Source: Candidatus Krumholzibacteriia bacterium (GTDB taxonomy: Bacteria > Krumholzibacteriota > Krumholzibacteriia > JAJRXK01). Taken from it: DNA of 64,000 nt. Positions 57,809 to 64,000 of the stretch are shown here, one piece after another. A model generated the notes under the pieces. The model was given only the letters and a program-made list of their open reading frames with translations, did no database searches and had not been told where the DNA came from. Location: assembly GCA_041484665.1 (NCBI GenBank), contig JBGPIA010000001.1, forward strand, positions 256,001-320,000, written 5' to 3'. Numbering within the stretch: the first letter of the stretch is position 1; each line of letters starts with the position of its first letter. Position numbers and translations under genes: made by a program.

Positions 57809-59029
57809 ATGAAGGTCCGCTCGGTCACCTGTTTCATGGACGCCGACCCGGCCCGGCCCGGCGAGGCGGCCGCGCGGGCCGGGGTATCGCTGGCAGCAGC
57901 CCGCTCGGCACTCACCCGCGAGGGCTGGGAGGTCCAGACGACCCGGCTGGCGCTGCCCCCCTGTCCAACATTGCCCGGGATCGAGCCCGCCGGGCTGGCG
58001 CCGCTCGCGCGCCGGCTCGAGGAGGAGGCCGCTGCCCACAACATCGACTTCGTGACGCTGGGTCCGGTGCGCCTGGCCGATCCGCAAGCCTGGAGCGAGG
58101 CCATCCCCGACGTGCTGGCCGGGACCCGGTCGGTGTTCGCCGCCGCCGAGATCGCCACCGCGGCGGGCGGGCTGTCGCTGGGCGCTGTGCGGCGTGCCGC
58201 CCGGGTGATTCACCGCTGCGCACCGTTGGGTGGCGACGGCTTCGCCAATCTGCGCTTCGCCGCGCTGGCCAACGTCACGGCCGGCGTTCCGTTCCTGCCG
58301 GCTGCCTACCACGGCGGCGGACCGCCCTGCTTCGCGCTGGCGACGGAGGCCGCCGACCTGGCCGTGACGGCGTTTCTGGGCGCGGACTCGCTGGCTGCGG
58401 CGCGGGCCCGCTTGCTGCAACTGCTGGAGTCCCGCGCGCGCGACCTGCAGCGCATCTGCACCGCGGTAGCGCGCGACTGCGCCATTGCTTTCAGCGGGAT
58501 CGACCTGTCCCTGGCGCCCTACCCCGAGCAGGCGCGCTCGATCGGCGCCGCCCTGGAGAGTCTGGGCCTGCCGGCGCTGGGGCTGCACGGCAGCGCGGCC
58601 GCCGCGGCGTTTTTGACCGACACGCTGGACCGCGCGCGCTTCCAGCGCGTGGGCTTCTCGGGGCTCTTCCTGCCCGTCCTGGAGGATGACGTACTGGCAC
58701 GCCGCGCCGGCGAGGGGACGCTGACACTCTCGGAGCTGCTCTTGTACTCGGCGGTGTGCGGCACGGGCCTGGACACCGTCCCTTTGCCCGGCGATCTTCA
58801 CGCTGAGCAGATCGCCGCGGTGCTGCTCGATGTCGGCGCGCTCGCGCTGCGCCTGGGCAAGCCGCTGACGGCGCGCCTGATGCCGTTGCCCGGCAAGCGC
58901 GCGGGCGATCCCATCCGCTTCGACTTTCCCTACTTCGCGCCGGGACGCGTGCTGGACTGCAAGGCGCTCCCGCTGACAGGTCTGCTCGCGGGATCGGAAG
59001 CGGTGCCACTGGGCCGCTACGCCCGGTAG
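57809..59029 (+). CDS. DUF711 family protein
   Basis: VQTTRLA; PFLPAAYH; GIDLSLAP; YSAVCGTGLDTVPLPGD; KPLTARLMP. Confidence 0.85.
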   Translation: MKVRSVTCFMDADPARPGEAAARAGVSLAAARSALTREGWEVQTTRLALPPCPTLPGIEPAGLAPLARRLEEEAAAHNIDFVTLGPVRLADPQAWSEAIPDVLAGTRSVFAAAEIATAAGGLSLGAVRRAARVIHRCAPLGGDGFANLRFAALANVTAGVPFLPAAYHGGGPPCFALATEAADLAVTAFLGADSLAAARARLLQLLESRARDLQRICTAVARDCAIAFSGIDLSLAPYPEQARSIGAALESLGLPALGLHGSAAAAAFLTDTLDRARFQRVGFSGLFLPVLEDDVLARRAGEGTLTLSELLLYSAVCGTGLDTVPLPGDLHAEQIAAVLLDVGALALRLGKPLTARLMPLPGKRAGDPIRFDFPYFAPGRVLDCKALPLTGLLAGSEAVPLGRYAR

Positions 59030-59079
59030 CGGCCGTACCGCCTGCGGTCGACGCACAGCTCCACGCGGCAGACGCCCGA

Positions 59080-60687
59080 CTACATACGATAGATGCCGTA
59101 CTCGCTGCGCGGAATGGGCGCGTTCAGCGACATCTCCAGCCCGAGGGCCAGCGCATCGCGGGTCTGCAGCGGGTCGAGCACGCCGTCGTCCCACAGCCGC
59201 GCCGAGGAATAGTATGGGCTGCCTTCCTGCTCGTACTTTTCGAGGATCGGCCGCTTGAACTCCGCCTCCTCCGACGCCGACAGCGCCTTGCCCTCGCGGG
59301 CGAGCTGCTCCTGCTTCACCGTCGCCAGCACGTTGGCCGCCTGCTCGCCGCCCATGACGCTGATGCGCGCGCCAGGCCACATGAGCAAGAGCCGCGGCTG
59401 ATAGGCCCGCCCACACATGCCGTAATTGCCCGCGCCGTGGCTGCCGCCAACGATCAGGGTGAACTTGGGCACCGCCACGTTGGCCACGGCGTTGACCATC
59501 TTGGCGCCGTCCTTGGCGATACCGCCCTGCTCGTACTGCTTGCCCACGATGAAGCCCGTAATGTTCTGCAGGAAGAGCAGCGGAATCCCCCGCGAGCCGC
59601 ACAGCTCGATGAAGTGGGTGGCCTTCAGCGCGCTCTCGCTGAACAGCACGCCGTTGTTGGCGACGATCCCCAGCTGGTAGCCGTACAGGTGTGCGAAGCC
59701 ACAGACCAGCGTGGTCCCGTAGCGCTCCTTGAACTCATGCAGACGCGAGCCGTCCACCAGCCGGGCGATCACCTCGCGCATGTCGAAGCCGCGCCGCGTG
59801 TCCTCGGGCAGGATGCCGTAGAGCTCGTGCGGGTCGTAGTAGGGCGGCTCGGGCGCGGCGGCGGGCGCCACGGCCTTGGTCTGAGGCGGCAGGTTCTCCA
59901 CGATGTTGCGCACCAGCTGCAGCGCCTGCTCGTCGTCTTTGGCCAGGTGGTCGGCCACTCCGCTCACGCGCGTGTGCACGTCGCCGCCGCCGAGCTCCTC
60001 GGCGGTGACTTCCTCGCCGGTGGCCGCCTTCACCAGCGGCGGCCCACCGAGGAAGATCGTCCCCTGCTCCTTGACGATCACGACCTCGTCACTCATGGCC
60101 GGGACGTAGGCGCCCCCCGCCGTGCAGCTGCCCAGCACCGCGCTGATCTGGGGGATGCGGGTCGCGCTCATGCGCGCCTGGTTGTAGAAGATGCGGCCGA
60201 AATGGTCGCGGTCGGGGAAGACTTCGGCCTGCAGCGGCAGGAACGCCCCACCGCTGTCCACCAGGTAGACGCATGGCAGGCGGTTTTCCAGAGCGATCTC
60301 CTGCGCGCGCAGGTGTTTCTTGACGGTCAGCGGGTGGTACGTTCCGCCTTTGACCGTGGCGTCGTTCGCGATGACCATCACCTGGCGGCCGTGGACGCTG
60401 CCGATGCCGGTGACGATCCCAGCGGCCGGCAGGGGGCCGTCGTAGACGCCGTGGGCCGCCAGCGGCGAGAGCTCCAGGAAGGGGCTGCCCGGATCGAGCA
60501 GGCGCTCGATGCGGTCGCGCGGGAGGAGTTTACCGCGCTCGGTGTGAAGCTTGCGCGCCTTCTCGCCCCCGCCCTGACGGATCTCCGCCAGCCGCGCGTG
60601 CAGCTGCGCCACGCGCTGGCGGTTCACCTCGGCGTTGCGCTGGAACTCCGCGGACTTGGGATCGATCGACGTTGGGAGCCTGCGCAC
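59080..60687 (-). CDS. mccB: Methylcrotonyl-CoA carboxylase carboxyltransferase (beta) subunit
   Basis: [46 protein letters not shown]. Confidence 0.9.
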   Translation of the reverse strand: MRRLPTSIDPKSAEFQRNAEVNRQRVAQLHARLAEIRQGGGEKARKLHTERGKLLPRDRIERLLDPGSPFLELSPLAAHGVYDGPLPAAGIVTGIGSVHGRQVMVIANDATVKGGTYHPLTVKKHLRAQEIALENRLPCVYLVDSGGAFLPLQAEVFPDRDHFGRIFYNQARMSATRIPQISAVLGSCTAGGAYVPAMSDEVVIVKEQGTIFLGGPPLVKAATGEEVTAEELGGGDVHTRVSGVADHLAKDDEQALQLVRNIVENLPPQTKAVAPAAAPEPPYYDPHELYGILPEDTRRGFDMREVIARLVDGSRLHEFKERYGTTLVCGFAHLYGYQLGIVANNGVLFSESALKATHFIELCGSRGIPLLFLQNITGFIVGKQYEQGGIAKDGAKMVNAVANVAVPKFTLIVGGSHGAGNYGMCGRAYQPRLLLMWPGARISVMGGEQAANVLATVKQEQLAREGKALSASEEAEFKRPILEKYEQEGSPYYSSARLWDDGVLDPLQTRDALALGLEMSLNAPIPRSEYGIYRM

Positions 60688-60911
60688 CGCGAACCTCCCC
60701 TCCCTGCAATGCGTACTTGCTCACGAGGACGGGCCGAAGCGTAGCATGCGCTCGCATCCCCCTCAACGGAGGCGCCGGGCGCGGGCTCTGGGGCGGGGCA
60801 CGGCCAGCAGCCCACCTGAACCGGCGCTGCGCGCGGCCGGCGGGAATTGGCGCTGCGCGCGGGCGCATGCTAGGCTGCCTGCGCCCGCTTGCCGCCGTGG
60901 AGGACGCCGCG

Positions 60912-62846
60912 TTGGCCTCCCAGGAAGACGATCTCCCGTTTGCCGGCGAATACGTCGACTTCGCCCAGCTCAGCAAGGACGAGCTGCAGGCGAAGATGTT
61001 CGAGTTGCTCACGCTGGTGGAGACCAGCCGTGAGCTGCTGCGCGCACGCGACCCCGAGGAGGTGGCGCGCAGCGTGCTCCTCTCGGTGATCGGAGTGCTG
61101 GGCGCGGGATCGGCATGCGTGCTGCGCTTCGATCCGTCCACCGAGCGCCTGGAGCTGCTGCAACAATTCGGTCTGGACGTCTCCGGGCCGGTCGAGGCGC
61201 ACCTCCCGGTGACGGTGGCGGAGGAGTTCGTCGAGGCGGAGGTGCCGCTGCCATTCCGCGCCGACGAGGATCTCGCGAGCGGTCCCGCGCGCACGTTCCT
61301 GCGGCGCTGCGGCGACGCGCTAGCGCCGCTGGGCGCGGAAGTGATCTGCCCGCTTCCCGGGCGCCGCGGGCTCTTCGGCTTCCTGGTGCTCGGCCATCGG
61401 CTGCTCGCCGCCGGCTACTCGGCGCGCGACCTCGAGATGTTCGCCAATCTGGCCGAGCTCTACGTACTGGCGCTGGAGCGCGCCGCCGTGCCGTTCGCCG
61501 CGCCCGAGGCCGCGCGGCCGGAGCCGCCCCAGGTCCAGATGGCCCTGGCCGAGCTGCGCGAGCGCTACCCACCGCTGCAGCAGATCCTGGGCGACTCCAA
61601 CGCCATCTACCAGCTCTTCCGCGACATGGTGGAGCTGGCCGACAGCCGCGCCACCGTCCTGATCCAGGGCGAGAGCGGTACGGGCAAGGAGCTCGTCGCG
61701 CGCGCGATCCACGCCTCGAGCCCCCGGCGCAACGGGCCCTTCGAGGTCGTGGATTGCTCGTCGATCCCCCGCGAGCTGATCGAGAGCGAGCTGTTCGGCC
61801 ACGTGCGCGGCGCCTTCACCGGGGCCGTGCGCGATCGTCGCGGGGCCTTCGACCTCGCCCATCACGGCACGATCTTCCTCGACGAGATCGGCGAGATGAC
61901 CCTCGCCAGCCAGACGCGACTGCTGCGCGTGCTGCAGGAGGGGAAGTTCCGGCCGGTGGGCGGCGAGACCGTGCACAGCGTGGACGTGCGCGTGATCGCC
62001 GCAACCAATGTGGACCTACGTGAGGCGGTGGCGCGCGGCGAGTTCCGCATCGACCTCTTCTATCGGATCTGCGTCTATCCGCTGCGCCTGCCGCCGCTGC
62101 GGGCGCGCGCGGGCGATATCCGGCTGCTCAGCGCTGCGTTCCTGAAGCGCTTCTACGCGGACTACGGCCTCCGGGAACCCGCCATCGACCCCCGTGTGAT
62201 CGAGGCGCTCGAGCTCCACCCGTTCCCAGGCAACGTGCGCGAGCTGCAGAACATCGTGGAGGCGCTGGCCATCCGCAGCCGAGGCCACCAGCGCGTCACG
62301 ATGAGTCAGCTCAACGAAGTGTTCCGCAGCCAGCGCATCCACGCCGAGCCGCTCAAGGCACCCCCCGAGGCCGGGCCCGGCCCCGGGCTCGAGGAGGTCC
62401 CTGCCGCCCCCGGCCGGGCCGGTGCGGGATCTCCCGCCACAGGTGGGGCTGCGCCGTCCGTCGGTGAGCGCCTGCTCGCCGCGTGGCGCAGCACACGCTT
62501 CAACCTGTTGGAGGCCAGCCGGCTGCTGAGTGCCGGCCGGAAGGAAGGCGAGGGTGTGGCTGTCGCGGACCGCGCGCAGCTGACCCACTATCTCGACGGC
62601 GAGATCCTGAAGGCGTTCGTGCACTCCGGCAGCTTGGAAGCGACCGTGGACGCGCTGGCGGCCGGAGCCAAACCCCGCGAGCGGGCGGAGCGCAAGGTCG
62701 CGCGGGTGGTCGGCCGGCTGCTGGCCACGCTGGAGTCGGCGGAGCCAGGCCAAGGGTTCCCGCGGCTGCCACGCGAGTACCGCGGCGCACTGGATGCGCT
62801 GGAGAACAAGGGGGCCGACTGGGTCCGCGCGTCGATGCGGCGCTGA
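60912..62846 (+). CDS. Sigma54-dependent enhancer-binding protein with N-terminal GAF-like domain
   Basis: [47 protein letters not shown] 60912 follows GGAGG (ATG 60867 and GTG 60897 are alternatives). Confidence 0.92.
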   Translation: MASQEDDLPFAGEYVDFAQLSKDELQAKMFELLTLVETSRELLRARDPEEVARSVLLSVIGVLGAGSACVLRFDPSTERLELLQQFGLDVSGPVEAHLPVTVAEEFVEAEVPLPFRADEDLASGPARTFLRRCGDALAPLGAEVICPLPGRRGLFGFLVLGHRLLAAGYSARDLEMFANLAELYVLALERAAVPFAAPEAARPEPPQVQMALAELRERYPPLQQILGDSNAIYQLFRDMVELADSRATVLIQGESGTGKELVARAIHASSPRRNGPFEVVDCSSIPRELIESELFGHVRGAFTGAVRDRRGAFDLAHHGTIFLDEIGEMTLASQTRLLRVLQEGKFRPVGGETVHSVDVRVIAATNVDLREAVARGEFRIDLFYRICVYPLRLPPLRARAGDIRLLSAAFLKRFYADYGLREPAIDPRVIEALELHPFPGNVRELQNIVEALAIRSRGHQRVTMSQLNEVFRSQRIHAEPLKAPPEAGPGPGLEEVPAAPGRAGAGSPATGGAAPSVGERLLAAWRSTRFNLLEASRLLSAGRKEGEGVAVADRAQLTHYLDGEILKAFVHSGSLEATVDALAAGAKPRERAERKVARVVGRLLATLESAEPGQGFPRLPREYRGALDALENKGADWVRASMRR

Positions 62847-62854
62847 GCCGTCCG

Positions 62855-63259
62855 GAAAAAATAGAGAAGGGGCGCCTCTCGCCAAGGCGCCCCCATCAGT
62901 TCTGGCAACCGAAAGGTATTGGGGACCCTTCGATCAGCAAGCGGCCTCTCGCCAAAGCCGCTCGCCTTCGTTGCCAGAGAGGGTTCCTGCGCCCCTGGCG
63001 GGGCGCGTGCGAGAGCTCTCGCCAAACTCCCGGGAACCCAAGCCTTGTGAAGGACCGTCCCTGATCGCCTTTTGCACCGCGCCCGTGTGGGGCACTCTCC
63101 ACGGCCTCGAAGACGTCGCAGTGAGGCGACCGTGGGAGCGCGCGACCCAGAATGGCGCTCAGGTCCGATCTCTCTACCCGCCGGGCGGCCCCCGCTGGGT
63201 CCGGCCGGCTTCGCCGACGAGCGCCGCGACCTTGGATCGCGCTCTCGACAGCGTGGCAG
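62855..63259 (-). ncRNA. Candidate sigma54-dependent structured small RNA with three UGGCGAG-loop hairpins
   Basis: Sigma54 promoter upstream; hairpins at 63011-63031, 62941-62961 and 62869-62893 share loop UGGCGAG; G-U pairs form only on the minus strand; ends in a U-tract. Confidence 0.7.
62856..62893 (-). terminator. Intrinsic terminator (third UGGCGAG hairpin)
   Basis: Minus strand GGGGCGCCT-TGGCGAG-AGGCGCCCC followed by TTCTCTATTTTTT. Confidence 0.7.
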
Positions 63260-63270
63260 TCTTGGCCAAG

Positions 63271-63285
63271 GCAAGCATGGTGCCA
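63271..63285 (-). promoter_or_regulatory. Sigma54 -24/-12 promoter
   Basis: Minus strand TGGCACCATGCTTGC matches TGGCAC-N5-TTGC with exact GG-N10-GC spacing. Confidence 0.8.
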
Positions 63286-63313
63286 GCGGCGACGTCCGGG
63301 GGACGAATCGATA

Positions 63314-63326
63314 TAACATATTGAAA
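63314..63326. promoter_or_regulatory. IHF-like binding site
   Basis: Minus strand TTTCAATATGTTA (consensus WATCAANNNNTTR) in an AT-rich patch about 60 bp upstream of the predicted +1. Confidence 0.6.
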
Positions 63327-63529
63327 ATAAAAGAGTTGATTGTTTCTCGACTGCGCCGCTCCCGTTGATTTTGTTGTCTGTCTTTGTTGTTATGACCACA
63401 CTATCTGACTCGAATATGCTGTATGACAACAATTAGTGTTGCTCGAGGGTGCACCCCACCGTTTCCAAGCAAATGCCGAGATCACCCGGTCATCGCCCGA
63501 ACTCTCGGTCCCTGGTAGACTCCCGCGCG

Positions 63530-64000
63530 ATGTCGGCGGTCCGCACGCTCTGGGTCGGTGCCGAGGCGCTCGTCACGATGGCGCCGGCGGGCACCGTGAT
63601 CCGCGGGGGTTACCTGCGGACCGAGGGGCACCGCGTCGTCGAAACCGGCCCGGGCACCCCGGCCCCCGCGCGCGACGAGGTCGTGCGCCGCCTCGATGGG
63701 TGCGTCGTGGTGCCGGGCCTCGTCAACACGCACCACCACCTCTGCCAGAACCTGACGCGCGCCTACGGGCCGGCCGCCAACGCGAAGCTGTTCGACTGGC
63801 TCGTCGCCCTGTACCCGGTGTGGGCCGGATTCGATCCGCAGAACCTCGCGCTGGCGGCACAGGTGGGCTTTGCGGAGCTGCTGCTGTCGGGCTGCACGAC
63901 GACCAGCGACCATCACTATCTCTTCCCCCGCGGCGCTCCCCCGGATCTGCTGGACGCCACCATCCACGCGGCGCGCGATCTGGGCATCCGTTTCCACGTT
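63530..64000 (+). CDS. Amidohydrolase, 8-oxoguanine deaminase / AtzB-like (partial)
   Basis: ATG 63530 in frame with PGLVNTHHHLCQNLTRA, LFDWL..LYPVW, ELLLSGCTTTSDHHYLFP; runs off the window end. Confidence 0.88.
   Translation, partial: MSAVRTLWVGAEALVTMAPAGTVIRGGYLRTEGHRVVETGPGTPAPARDEVVRRLDGCVVVPGLVNTHHHLCQNLTRAYGPAANAKLFDWLVALYPVWAGFDPQNLALAAQVGFAELLLSGCTTTSDHHYLFPRGAPPDLLDATIHAARDLGIRFHV

Noticed and set aside
62869..63031. 70-nt periodic repeat read as a mini-CRISPR array
   Set aside because: Only 10 nt are identical, the flanks form different stems, the intervening ~60 nt pair into long-range helices, and no cas genes are present in the window.
62588..63432. Minus-strand ORFs 62588..63319 and 62896..63432, plus-strand ORF 62794..63324
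   Set aside because: No convincing SD or protein motifs. The minus-strand ORFs start upstream of the sigma54 +1 and run through strong RNA structure.
63300..63440. AT-rich patch as a foreign insertion or mobile-element scar
   Set aside because: Only ~130 bp with no integrase, transposase or flanking direct repeats. It is better explained as an IHF/enhancer region.
1..64000. tRNA, rRNA, transposase, integrase, phage or defence genes
   Set aside because: None recognised by eye. Selenocysteine or stop read-through was not needed to explain any gene.

Overview
Very GC-rich bacterial DNA with strong GC3 bias, so most long ORFs in the supplied track are antisense shadows. Three proteins carry a C-terminal FlgD-Ig / T9SS-CTD-like tail, which with the GC content suggests an FCB-related candidate lineage such as Eisenbacteria, Krumholzibacteriota or Latescibacterota (inference only). 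Layout: (1) 1-16.1 kb, a minus-strand envelope cluster with ApbE flavin transferase, a CX5CH lipoprotein, a hydrazine-synthase-alpha-like dihaem lipoprotein, TlpA, DUF4266, a DUF3570 barrel, three more beta-barrels, an NHL/FlgD protein and a >1150-aa TPR protein that runs off the left edge. (2) 16-26 kb, two ~1500-aa secreted FlgD-tail proteins. (3) A glycosyltransferase, a tandem ThyX-like protein and a CxxxY-type ccmEF-(2 unknown)-ABCD operon. (4) Housekeeping genes: ferredoxin, mqnD, cytochrome c, pyk, rhodanese, nrdJ with NrdR boxes, arsC, an EamA transporter, eboE, atu/liu-type carboxylase genes, pepQ, an orphan cheB and DUF711. (5) A sigma54 activator converging on an unannotated ~400-nt minus-strand RNA candidate. 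This candidate has a -24/-12 promoter, an IHF-like site and three UGGCGAG-loop hairpins spaced exactly 70 nt apart, the last doubling as a terminator. The RNA module and the envelope redox cluster are the best candidates for undescribed systems. Family assignments come from motif recognition, not database searches.
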